Under the pieces are notes generated by a model. It had not been told where the DNA came from, made no database searches, and saw nothing but the letters and a program-made list of their open reading frames with translations. Below are positions 8,727 to 17,443 of a stretch of DNA of 23,700 nucleotides, one piece after another. Every line of letters begins with the position of its first letter. Position 1 is the first letter of the stretch. The stretch lies in the UHGV virus genome UHGV-0302543; one strand, written 5' to 3'. Origin of the DNA: a virus. Position numbers and translations under genes: made by a program.

Positions 8727-9088
8727 TGGTCAGTCACTGGGTGTTCTACGTCATCGGCGACATGCTCAACGGGCGTGAGGCCAGCCGTCCCGGACTGTAT
8801 CAGATTGTGGCCCGGCTGATTGCCGTGCTTAACGGCTTCAGAACAGAAAAAACCTCACCGCTTTACTTTGAAAAGGCGGTCAACGGTTACACCGAAACCC
8901 AGGCGAACAGTGGGGCCGTGATGTATGCGCTTTATTTCTCCTGCGAGGAAATGATCGCGCCACTGACGGATATCAGCTCGCTGGACGACTTCCTGCGTCA
9001 TTACGAAACCTTTGTGGAGCCGCCCGGTACGCCGCCGTTTGAGGCACATATTGATTTGCCGGGGAACACGACAACGGCGGTCCGTTAA
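8727..9088 (+). pseudogene. body of the gp37-like head gene in inverted orientation (sense on plus strand)
   Basis: Plus frame reads VSHWVFYVIGDMLNGREASRPGLYQIVARLIAVLNGFRTEKTSPLYFEKAVNGYTETQANSGAVMYALYFSCEEMIAPLTDISSLDDFLRHYETFVEPPGTPPFEAHIDLPGNTTTAVR*; every flanking gene is minus-strand. Confidence 0.75.
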
Positions 9089-9209
9089 TCAGCATGGTGC
9101 GCAGTACGCTGTCGCTCCAGTCGCCGGGATGCGTGTCAACAGACACAAGTTCATTCCCGAAATACTCACGGATACGGGCGATGTATGCCTGTTCGGTTTC
9201 CGTAATCAT
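8973..9209 (-). pseudogene. gp37-like N-terminal fragment (first 42 codons plausible, then reads into the repeat and antisense of the inverted body)
   Basis: ATG overlaps the gp36 stop (ATATGA); MITETEQAYIARIREYFGNELVSVDTHPGDWSDSVLRTMLIN followed by low-complexity sequence and stop. Confidence 0.65.
9058..9082. repeat. right copy of the 25-bp inverted repeat (gccggggaacacgacaacggcggtc)
   Basis: Perfect reverse complement of 8702..8726. Confidence 0.85.
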
Positions 9210-9625
9210 ATGAAGCCCTTCTGGTTGCGCCCGAATACCGCCGCATCAGACTGAACCTGTGGTAAATCCCCGGATTCAGGGGCCGCACCGTTCGTATCCA
9301 CACCTACCGGCACATTGCCGTTCATGACATCTTTCAGCCAGGCCAGCGCTTCACGGTAACGGTCACGCGCCTGATCGGAGGCTCGCTGATCGCACAGGTA
9401 ATAAAAGGCAATCGCGCAACAGTGCTGAACAAGAACAGCCGGGATAACCTCCAGCGGCAGCGTGTAACGGGCGGACAGATAGCTGTCGATAAGGGCTGAC
9501 GCATCTGTCAGCGCCCGGTTCAGCTTGCGCGTGTCCAGCTCATCCGAACGGGGCACTGCCAGTAACGGCCTGAGCAAATCCTCGCGGTAACGCGCCCGCA
9601 TATCGCTTTCAGTGGCGTAATTCAT
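9206..9625 (-). CDS. Mu gp36-like protein (DUF1320-like)
   Basis: 139 aa starting MNYATESDMRARYREDLLRPLL; position between gp35-like and gp37-like genes. Confidence 0.6.
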   Translation of the reverse strand: MNYATESDMRARYREDLLRPLLAVPRSDELDTRKLNRALTDASALIDSYLSARYTLPLEVIPAVLVQHCCAIAFYYLCDQRASDQARDRYREALAWLKDVMNGNVPVGVDTNGAAPESGDLPQVQSDAAVFGRNQKGFI

Positions 9626-9993
9626 GCGCGGGCCTTTTTCGCCTGTTTCGCTTTGTTACCGGTCTTTTTCCGGGGAGCATCCTGTCCGGCTTCGGCTTCG
9701 GCTTCGGCTTCGGCTAAATCTGTACCGGCCACTGCATGAACCACACCCGCCACGCTCCCCGCATCATCAGCAGGCGTCTGTAGTATTCGCACAGTGAGGC
9801 ATGGCTCCGCCTCCAGTCGGGCAAGCTGCTCCGGGGTGACCTCAACCTGCTGACGTCCACGCGTGAACAGGAACCCCGCACGACGAAACGCCGAACGACT
9901 GCAACGCACTTCTGCCAGCACCGTGACAGAATTGTCACCACTGACCTGAAGACCTGAATCATCTGTTGCTGCCACAGTGTGATGTTCATTCAT
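9622..9993 (-). CDS. hypothetical head-region protein (Mu gp35 position) with AEAEAEAE repeat and Lys/Arg-rich C-terminal tail
   Basis: 123 aa; GGAGGG RBS upstream of the ATG; contains the hexanucleotide tandem repeat. Confidence 0.45.
   Translation of the reverse strand: MNEHHTVAATDDSGLQVSGDNSVTVLAEVRCSRSAFRRAGFLFTRGRQQVEVTPEQLARLEAEPCLTVRILQTPADDAGSVAGVVHAVAGTDLAEAEAEAEAGQDAPRKKTGNKAKQAKKARA
9688..9715. repeat. tandem hexanucleotide repeat (ggcttc), about 4.5 copies, inside the gp35-like CDS
   Basis: Read directly: ggcttcggcttcggcttcggcttcggct; encodes (AE)n on the minus strand. Confidence 0.85.
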
Positions 9994-10036
9994 ATTTGCC
10001 CTCCGCAGGGGCCGGGCCGTAAACCCGGCTCACCGT

Positions 10037-10984
10037 TTACAGATAATCCGCGACAACCAGCTCCAGCTTGCCCTTCATCTCGTTAGAGACGGTTGCGTTT
10101 CCGTCTGCGAACAGTTCACGCTCCAGCAGCTGCACCGCCTGTTTTTCCAGCGAGGTGGGGACAACAATATGGGTGGGTTTGATGCCGAGCTTGCGGCCAC
10201 CGTCAGCGGTAAATTCGCGCATGGCTGACCAGCCGTGCCACAGTGCATCCAGCGTCAGCGGTGACTGCATCATGTAGGCCATCTGCCAGAAGCCGTAGCC
10301 CACATTGCGACGGGCGGAAGCACCGAACACAAATTCGTTATCGGTGAATGCGCGACCTTCATCGACTTTGGTCTGGGCAACCAGTTCAGCCTTACGGCGA
10401 TCCTGATAAATCAGCGGTTTGATTGCGCGTGAACAGTCGAGCAGATACCAGGCAGGACCGCTGTAATCCGCCTGTGCACCGACAGAGCCGGTTTTTGCCA
10501 CAAACATATTGCTGACCATCTGCGCATCCCCGGAGCCATCCACTTTGGGGTAAACAGGATGTTCGGTATCAAAGAAGTTCTGGCCGTCATAGCAGGCCGC
10601 ATTAATCCCGTCACGAAGAGCAGCAAAGACCAGTTCATCCGGTTGTGCCGCAGCAGCGCGCCCCATCTCCTGGAACAACGGGGAATAAATACCGAGGTTA
10701 TCGTCTTCGAAGTCATCGCGGTTAATGGCGACGGTGCCTTCAAAGGTTTTGTTCACGATGGCATAGCCATAGGCCTTCATCTTCTCGATGACGCGGGAGC
10801 CGATCCACTCACGGAACTGCGGGAACTGCCCCAGCCAGCCGTAGGTGTTGGATTTCGAGGTGGAGGGCACGGTCATCGCAATTTTTTTGTACTGCGACGG
10901 GGCCATGGACACCCCGGCCTGAAAATCAGAACGGTAGCCCGTCATCAGGGCGGTGATCATCGCCGGTGTAATCGGGGTAGGCAT
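10037..10984 (-). CDS. major head (capsid) protein (Mu gp34 / T-like)
   Basis: 315 aa immediately downstream of the protease/scaffold gene. Confidence 0.8.
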   Translation of the reverse strand: MPTPITPAMITALMTGYRSDFQAGVSMAPSQYKKIAMTVPSTSKSNTYGWLGQFPQFREWIGSRVIEKMKAYGYAIVNKTFEGTVAINRDDFEDDNLGIYSPLFQEMGRAAAAQPDELVFAALRDGINAACYDGQNFFDTEHPVYPKVDGSGDAQMVSNMFVAKTGSVGAQADYSGPAWYLLDCSRAIKPLIYQDRRKAELVAQTKVDEGRAFTDNEFVFGASARRNVGYGFWQMAYMMQSPLTLDALWHGWSAMREFTADGGRKLGIKPTHIVVPTSLEKQAVQLLERELFADGNATVSNEMKGKLELVVADYL

Positions 10985-12108
10985 TATTGCATTTCCTCTT
11001 TCATTTTCAGGAATTCGGCTTCGGTTTTACCCAGAAGATGGGCGGCGGCGATATCTTCAGCCGACAGCGAGGCGGTGGCGGTCTTTTTATCCGGCACGGT
11101 CACGGTGTCGGTCTGAAGGCCGGTCAGGGCTGCAACCGGCTGTCGGGCGTCAAGCTGTGCAGAAAGTGCAGTAACACCAATCTGCCCACCCAGCTGTTCC
11201 AGATAGCCGCGTTCGCTTTTGAAGATGCGCCCTTCGGACTCGGCCTTGTCCAGCACCTGCTCCAGCGTGGTGCTGCCGTGCTGTGCTGACAGCGCAACGT
11301 ATTCGGTACGCAGGGCGTTATACGTTTCAATGGGCACATATTTCGTCAGATCAATACTGCCGCCAGCCGGTGTACCTTTTGCGGTTTCCAGCTCTGCCGA
11401 CAGACTGGCGACCTGTGTTTTCAGGTTGTCGTGTGCATCCGCACGGGTTTTGATCCCGGTGAGGGCAGACAGCGCCGCCGTGCCCAGCTCCGGCGTAAAT
11501 TCGTCACCGTCAGCCACGGTCAGACCGAGCGCCGTCAGCAACTGGCGTAATTGCTCATTCATGGAGGTATCCTTTAAAGGAGGGTTTAAGGCGTTATAAA
11601 GGTCATCCGCCGACAGCGCGGCGACAGGATTCATGCCGGTCAGACCGGGGTCACCGGTAATAGCCAGCATCCGAAGTTCGACAGGTTCGCCGGTGTTCTC
11701 GTCATAGCCAATCACCGGTGAAAACCAGGGGAATTCGTTATTACGCAGATGTTCAAGGGCCGGAGGGTTCCACTTCGGGCGCACCTCGAAGCCACGCTCT
11801 TCACTGAAGCGGAAGTTTTCCGGTGAAGCCGTCACAAAACCGGCAGCCGGTGCCTGATGCCCCTTAATCAGGGTCTGGTGGTTGTAGTCAATTTTTACCG
11901 GCTGATTGAGCGCCACAACCCGGGATACCATGCGCTCAACGGTCGCACGGTTAATCAGCCAGCCTTCAGCCGGTTTTTCCGGGCGACCGTCACGGGCCTT
12001 TACCCGACCGGCTGGCATGATCTGACACCAGTCACCGTCCCCGTCTGCGGACAGGCTGATGGCATTCAGAATGGCATAAGCAAGTTTGGGCGTGTTTTTC
12101 GTCTTCAT
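10984..12108 (-). CDS. head protease/scaffold protein (Mu gp32 / I-like)
   Basis: 374 aa; N-terminal protease-like region and C-terminal helical scaffold-like region. Confidence 0.75.
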   Translation of the reverse strand: MKTKNTPKLAYAILNAISLSADGDGDWCQIMPAGRVKARDGRPEKPAEGWLINRATVERMVSRVVALNQPVKIDYNHQTLIKGHQAPAAGFVTASPENFRFSEERGFEVRPKWNPPALEHLRNNEFPWFSPVIGYDENTGEPVELRMLAITGDPGLTGMNPVAALSADDLYNALNPPLKDTSMNEQLRQLLTALGLTVADGDEFTPELGTAALSALTGIKTRADAHDNLKTQVASLSAELETAKGTPAGGSIDLTKYVPIETYNALRTEYVALSAQHGSTTLEQVLDKAESEGRIFKSERGYLEQLGGQIGVTALSAQLDARQPVAALTGLQTDTVTVPDKKTATASLSAEDIAAAHLLGKTEAEFLKMKEEMQ

Positions 12109-12255
12109 TCCGGCAGCATAAGCCGGGAATTTTCAGGGCGGGTTTTGCGGGATTTCAGGAAGTGCTTTCAGGGGAAAAATACAAAGGCGCTTCACGCAGA
12201 TTTTAAAGCCCGTTAAATACAGGTTAGAAAATCACGACACGCGCCTGAAGGGGGT

Positions 12256-12278
12256 AAGGTAATGCATTTGCATACCTT
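12256..12278. promoter_or_regulatory. dyad-symmetric element aaggta-atgcatttgca-tacctt in the G-I intergenic region; candidate operator or late-promoter activator site
   Basis: 6-bp inverted arms around a palindromic core, in the 176-nt intergenic region upstream of gene I where a C/Mor-dependent late promoter is expected. Confidence 0.3.
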
Positions 12279-12284
12279 AAACAA

Positions 12285-12758
12285 TTAAGGCGTTTCTGTG
12301 GCCTTTTTAAAGCGTTTTCTGATTTCGTCCATGATCTCCTGTTCAGCCACCTCATCAAAGCCCATATACGGACGTGCGCCAATGGCTGCCAGTCCCGGTG
12401 GCATACCAGGCAGGCCACCCCACTGATGAATGGCTGCATAAGGTTCATTTGATCCAATCAGCGCCCAGGTATCGCCATAATCCGTGGTCAGGCGGCGGGC
12501 CAGATCGCCGTTCAGCGTCAGGATTTTGCCGGGCGTGTATCCCTTACGGGTACGCCACTTGCGGTAAGGATCTGACCAGTCATGCCAGCGTTCGCCGTCC
12601 GGCTCTTTTTCCTGTTCAAACGCCATTTCTGAGGATGACAGAAGGCTGGACGCCACACTGCGGGCCAGGTCTTTTCCGCCCCCCACAAACTGAAGCCGGG
12701 CAAACACCCGCTGGAGACGCGTAACGTCAACAACGACAGCGGCATCAATGGATGACAT
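12285..12758 (-). CDS. virion morphogenesis protein (Mu gp31 / G-like)
   Basis: 157 aa; GGAGG RBS; position between F and I homologs. Confidence 0.75.
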   Translation of the reverse strand: MSSIDAAVVVDVTRLQRVFARLQFVGGGKDLARSVASSLLSSSEMAFEQEKEPDGERWHDWSDPYRKWRTRKGYTPGKILTLNGDLARRLTTDYGDTWALIGSNEPYAAIHQWGGLPGMPPGLAAIGARPYMGFDEVAEQEIMDEIRKRFKKATETP

Positions 12759-12880
12759 ATTGCCTCCGTGAAACTACCTGGTTAAAATAAAAGCAGGTCG
12801 GTGTACTCTTAACTGGTAAAGCGGCGCCTGATGGTTTTTTCCTGAGGGATGTTTATGCGGGTTCGACCCCCGCCACCGAC
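12759..12880 (-). other. structured intergenic region between F and G (nested stem-loops followed by a T-run on the minus strand)
   Basis: 9-bp long-range complement aggtcggtg / caccgacct encloses the hairpin gcggg-ttcgacc-cccgc; minus strand continues CTGCTTTTATTTT. Confidence 0.3.
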
Positions 12881-14206
12881 CTACAATTCACCCTCCAGTA
12901 ATTCCAGCTTTCCACCGCGCAGATCATCAAGTAATGCCTCCTTTTTGACTCTGTAGGCATTAATCACCACATCCAGCTTATCCGGCTGACGTTTCACACT
13001 ATAAGGCGCATTGACGGCAATCTTTGCCGTTCCGTCACGGGTTTCAGTGATGTAAAGCAGATTCTGATGGACATGATCCCACAGCACGGCATCAGGCGCG
13101 GCCAGCATTGCCGGTAATCGCCCGAAATCCTCCGGCGTCAGGGCAATGCCGTCATTCTGATGTTTCACGCTGTCCGCATGGAGCACATTTTTACCGCTCA
13201 TCGCCAGCAGGCGGGCCGGTGGCGTTCCCGTCCGGCTTTCCACCGCCTGCGCAATACTTTCGGTCATAAAGCCCAGCGTGCGGATATCGTGACCACCTCG
13301 CCGGGTCTTCATGATGTTTTTTGCCCAGATGCGGAACGCCAGCTGCCGCTCCGGGCTGTTGTTCATCTCCTGAACCACCATTTCCCGTAACGCCGGGCTT
13401 TTCACCTCGATCAGTTTACGGATCAGCGCCTGGTCTGTGCCGAACGCCGCCGAACCGGGGTTATATGACCAGCCCACATCCGGTGTCATGGTTCTGGTGC
13501 CATCTGAATATGTGGTCACCGGCATTTCTCTGACTTCTCCGGTCTGCTTATCCACGCCAGCCTCAACATTGCGGGTGGAGAGATGATCCTGACCGGATGA
13601 AACGGATAACCCCATTGCATCCAGACGGGCCTGAGATAATGGCCGGACACGGCAGCGGCAGTTCCAGCCATTGGGCGGGTAGTGTGTATTCCAGAACGGA
13701 TCGTCATAGCGGAATACCAGCCCGTTAAAGGCGGAATGTGCCGGGCGGGTGCGGCTGTCCATCACCGCCACATACTGCCAGAACGGATGCGTGTCCGTGT
13801 TGTTCATCATCTGCGTGTAACGCCCGGCATTGTAAGCCACACGGGTGTTCACGTTGTAAATCAGCGCCAGACGGCGGGGACTGCCCAGCTGCACTTCTTC
13901 CGCGTTACCGGCACTGTCCACCACAATCTGTTTTCCCCACCATCCCAGCTTTTGCAGGCGGGGTGTCAGCGTGCGAATAAATGCTTTCTGTGAAATCCCC
14001 TCATCAACAGCACGCTGCACTTCCGCCTGTAGTGTGGTCAGTACGTCCAGGCGTGCCACTTTTGCCGCCGTGAATGAACGGGCATGAACATCCGCGTCTG
14101 TTTCGAACCAGTTCCAGCTGATATGCGCCCCTTTGGCGCGGAAGTATGCCACCGCCTCTTTTGAGGGAAGCGTGGCGGCATAACCCAGATCAATCCCCTG
14201 TGCCAT
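12881..14206 (-). CDS. head morphogenesis protein (Mu gp30 / F-like)
   Basis: 441 aa containing the F-family GWNCRCRV motif; directly downstream of the portal gene. Confidence 0.8.
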   Translation of the reverse strand: MAQGIDLGYAATLPSKEAVAYFRAKGAHISWNWFETDADVHARSFTAAKVARLDVLTTLQAEVQRAVDEGISQKAFIRTLTPRLQKLGWWGKQIVVDSAGNAEEVQLGSPRRLALIYNVNTRVAYNAGRYTQMMNNTDTHPFWQYVAVMDSRTRPAHSAFNGLVFRYDDPFWNTHYPPNGWNCRCRVRPLSQARLDAMGLSVSSGQDHLSTRNVEAGVDKQTGEVREMPVTTYSDGTRTMTPDVGWSYNPGSAAFGTDQALIRKLIEVKSPALREMVVQEMNNSPERQLAFRIWAKNIMKTRRGGHDIRTLGFMTESIAQAVESRTGTPPARLLAMSGKNVLHADSVKHQNDGIALTPEDFGRLPAMLAAPDAVLWDHVHQNLLYITETRDGTAKIAVNAPYSVKRQPDKLDVVINAYRVKKEALLDDLRGGKLELLEGEL

Positions 14207-15788
14207 CCAGCATCCCCTTCATTTCCGCAGCAAACATGGCATCACTGAGCAGCGTCATCAGGCGGGAATCATCCATTTCACGGTAAAGGGCGGGCAGGTC
14301 TGCCAGCGCATCCGCCAGCCCCCGCGTTCTGATGGCATCAATGACCGGCTCCAGTAGCGGGTCGATGGCCTCCTGTAACCGGCGGGCAGGCACCGCATCC
14401 CCCATGTCGTCCAGTTCATCACGGGGGCTGCTTTTCGCTTCCGGCACTCGGGCTGACAGCGCCGTCTGCTCTGTCTTTTCCTGTGTTTCCGGTGGTATTT
14501 CCCTGTCAGTCTGAGCCGGTTCATTGCCACTCTGACGGACACGGAAGATGGCTTCGCCGGGCGTGGGCTGCGGAATACCCGTCTGCTCACGTATCCAGGG
14601 ATCAGAAATATCCATCCCCGTACTGAGCTGCATCACCGCACTGGTGATTTTGGTGATATCCCCCGGTTCTTTTGTCTGGAAGCAGATACGTGGCAGACGG
14701 CGGATATCAATAGTGTGCGTGGTGTTCAGGGCGTACAGCGGATACACCAGATCGCGGTTCAGCGTGGCAGCCAGCTGACGTAAATCAGAATCCCTGATTT
14801 CCCGGCGCACCTCGTTATGCACTTCACCCAGCGAGCGCGCGCCTTTGTCTCCGGCTTCCGTGGTCAGCGTGCCGCCGAGGATAGCTTTGGAGATGGAACG
14901 CTCCCCCCACGAAATCATGGTTTCAAACGGATCGGCCTGACCGTTCGCTGCCGCCTGAAACTCCAGCGACATCCCGGCCGGGATGATCCCGCCTGTACGT
15001 CGCCCGATATCCATCACCGCCCGCATCAGGGCGCTTTTCTGCTCCGGTGTTGCCCCGGACGGGTATTTACCGACCTTCATCGGCAGGCCGTACACTTCCA
15101 GAAATTCAGCCAGATCGCGCACGGAATAGTTTTTGAAAATGAACGGCCAGATAAGCGTTCTGACAAGCCCCGTTGCGCCGCCGTAACCGGTGCGTGAACG
15201 TGACTGATGCACTATCCAGCCAAAGGGCTGAAACGCCACCCCGGCATGGCTGCCGTCACGCAGCCGCAGTTCGCTCAAATCATCCGGGTTAAGGCAGAAA
15301 TGCCCGCTGTCACGCCAGCGGATGGCGCGGATGATGTGCATTTTACCGAGCATCCCGTGCTCAATCTCCATACAGGAATAGCCCTTCAGGATGGCATCGG
15401 TAGCATCAAACAGCATGGCATCAAACCAGTCGGCGGAATGCAGATATTCGTCGAGCATTTCCGCGTCCTTTTTCTCATTCGCGCTGGCGTTCGGTGGCGG
15501 CTCAATGCTCCATGGCACGCCCTGAATGGCAAGACGTCGCTTGCCCAGCTCTGCAAAAAGGTGGGTGTCCTTTTCTTCAATGTCAGCCGCCAGATCGGAC
15601 TGGGCAATCAGATCGCCATGTTCAGCCCCGCGAAGGCACTGCGCCGCCCGGTTCGGGGTGATACCCGAGGCCGGATGTTCAATATAACGGCTGGCAATCT
15701 GCGGAATATCCAGCACGGCACTCTGCATCTCCGGGTCAAAGGAGAAAGGTTTTCCGTCAAGATCAATTATGCGTCCCACTACCAGCAC
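14190..15788 (-). CDS. portal protein (Mu gp29-like, DUF935 family)
   Basis: 532 aa immediately downstream of the large terminase with overlapping start. Confidence 0.8.
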   Translation of the reverse strand: MLVVGRIIDLDGKPFSFDPEMQSAVLDIPQIASRYIEHPASGITPNRAAQCLRGAEHGDLIAQSDLAADIEEKDTHLFAELGKRRLAIQGVPWSIEPPPNASANEKKDAEMLDEYLHSADWFDAMLFDATDAILKGYSCMEIEHGMLGKMHIIRAIRWRDSGHFCLNPDDLSELRLRDGSHAGVAFQPFGWIVHQSRSRTGYGGATGLVRTLIWPFIFKNYSVRDLAEFLEVYGLPMKVGKYPSGATPEQKSALMRAVMDIGRRTGGIIPAGMSLEFQAAANGQADPFETMISWGERSISKAILGGTLTTEAGDKGARSLGEVHNEVRREIRDSDLRQLAATLNRDLVYPLYALNTTHTIDIRRLPRICFQTKEPGDITKITSAVMQLSTGMDISDPWIREQTGIPQPTPGEAIFRVRQSGNEPAQTDREIPPETQEKTEQTALSARVPEAKSSPRDELDDMGDAVPARRLQEAIDPLLEPVIDAIRTRGLADALADLPALYREMDDSRLMTLLSDAMFAAEMKGMLDGTGD

Positions 15789-17443
15789 CCCCGATCAAAT
15801 TTATGATATGCCTCATCGTCATCACGATAACCGCCCTCCATGGCCCGCGACCGCTCCGGCAGCGCCTGACAGGCTGATTCATCCAGGATGAAACCCTCCA
15901 TGTATGACGCCCGGTTTGCCATACAGAGTGCCACGGCAAAATCACCATGGCGGCGGGCGTTCGCAGCCGTTGCGTTCTGGTCCTTCGTGCGCCCCTTGTC
16001 GATTTGCGGGATACCATTCACCACCTTCACATGGCGCAAATCATCAAGCGTGGTCTGATGGCGGGCGACGAGGATATTCTGATCTTCAAACTCGGCTTTC
16101 AGTTTTGGCATCCACTCGCCGTACCACTTCGGCGACAACATCACGCAGTCGATGATGTCCGGGCCAAAGGCCAGCAGCGCGGCTTCTGCCAGATAGCCGC
16201 CGTTACCGGTGGCGTCAAACGCTGCACCAACCAGGGCCGGAACGCGGGTCAGGATGTACATCATCACCTGCTCCTGCTGGGCATACGGCAAGTTGCGCAG
16301 CTCCACGCGAAACACCTCACGTTTTGCCAGGGATTCGGTGATTTCCAGCAGCACAAAGCAGGAGAGGTCACCGGTGCGGGCAAAGTCTTCCCCGAAGCTG
16401 AAGCGGGAACGGGGATTTAACGCCTCTAAAAGCGGTTTTAAATGTTCTTCACACCAGGTTAAAACTTCCGATTCACGCAGCCATGCGGCACGGCTGATGA
16501 AGTCGTCCGGGGCTTCAAACGTCAGAATCGGGATGTCGCGGATCATCGCCATTTCAATAAGTGCGTGAGGAATATAGGCACCGCCGGATTTTTTCGGGAT
16601 ACAGCCGTATTCCTCGTCGGCATCCTCACGGGTCGGGGCGTTTTTGTAGAGATCATCACGCCACTTCTGCTCGCTTTCCGGTGACCATTCGCGGCCGGTG
16701 ACATAACAGATACGACGGTACAGCCCGTCCGCAATGGCATCATCCAGGGTTATGCGGTGGACGCTGTAATCCTTGCGTCCCTCGCGGGCTTCCTGAATGT
16801 ACTGATTAAACAGATTATCGACGCCGTTATGCGTGGAGATAATACGCACGCGCGCGCCCCACATGGTAAGCGCCATTGCCGCCTTGAGAAGCTCATCCAG
16901 TGACTCGTGGAACGCGGCTTCATCAATCACCACATCTCCCTGAAGGCCGCGCAGGTTTGACGGACGGGAAGACAGTGCCTGAATTTTGAATCCACTGTTC
17001 GGAAAGCGGATCATGTAGGTCAGAATTTCTTCTTTTTTATCCCGATCCCAGAAGGTCTGCTCATACACATCAGCATCTGCCAGCTGGTTAAAGGCACGGG
17101 AGAACAGGGCGCAGGCAGAAATATATTCCAGCGCCATCTCCTGCTTTGACCCCACATAAAACACATTGCGGCCACCGCGCCGCTTCGGTTTTGCAGCGGT
17201 AATGACGTTACGCCCGGCTTCCGCCCAGGTAAGCCCGGTACGGCGGGATTTTTCCGCGATGCAGACCTCGCTTTCATCCTCAAACCAGCGGGCCTGATAA
17301 TCCAGAAATACCGGCATATCACCGGGCAAATCAAGGCTGTCCGGCACATCCACGCCCAGCAGGGCTTTTTCACCGGCCAGATCAATTTTGCGGGTGGAGA
17401 CGGTATTCGTCAGTAAGGGGGAGAGTTCTTCGGCGTTATTCAT
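15779..17443 (-). CDS. terminase large subunit (Mu gp28-like)
   Basis: 554 aa; Walker-B-like VVIDEAAF and nuclease-like C-terminal region. Confidence 0.85.
   Translation of the reverse strand: MNNAEELSPLLTNTVSTRKIDLAGEKALLGVDVPDSLDLPGDMPVFLDYQARWFEDESEVCIAEKSRRTGLTWAEAGRNVITAAKPKRRGGRNVFYVGSKQEMALEYISACALFSRAFNQLADADVYEQTFWDRDKKEEILTYMIRFPNSGFKIQALSSRPSNLRGLQGDVVIDEAAFHESLDELLKAAMALTMWGARVRIISTHNGVDNLFNQYIQEAREGRKDYSVHRITLDDAIADGLYRRICYVTGREWSPESEQKWRDDLYKNAPTREDADEEYGCIPKKSGGAYIPHALIEMAMIRDIPILTFEAPDDFISRAAWLRESEVLTWCEEHLKPLLEALNPRSRFSFGEDFARTGDLSCFVLLEITESLAKREVFRVELRNLPYAQQEQVMMYILTRVPALVGAAFDATGNGGYLAEAALLAFGPDIIDCVMLSPKWYGEWMPKLKAEFEDQNILVARHQTTLDDLRHVKVVNGIPQIDKGRTKDQNATAANARRHGDFAVALCMANRASYMEGFILDESACQALPERSRAMEGGYRDDDEAYHKFDRGCW

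Noticed and set aside
4625-9082. Inverted repeats as Gin/gix-type G-segment inversion sites or as DGR template/variable repeats
   Set aside because: The repeats show no resemblance to gix sites and differ between the two loci; no invertase or reverse transcriptase gene is in the window; the repeat copies are perfect rather than adenine-mutated; the segments lie in tape measure and head genes, not tail-fibre genes. A recombinase encoded outside the window cannot be excluded.
9688-9715. Short tandem repeats considered as a possible CRISPR array
   Set aside because: A 6-bp unit with no spacers, inside a coding frame; no CRISPR-like repeat-spacer architecture anywhere in the window.
10011-10029. 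Hairpin gccggg-ccgtaaa-cccggc just downstream of the major capsid gene as a terminator
   Set aside because: No U-run follows; it directly precedes the RBS of the next gene, so at most an attenuator or stability element. Too weak to call.
12857-12873. tRNA-like T-arm (gcggg-ttcgacc-cccgc) suggesting a tRNA or tmRNA fragment
   Set aside because: No acceptor stem, anticodon arm or CCA context; fits better as part of the structured F-G spacer.
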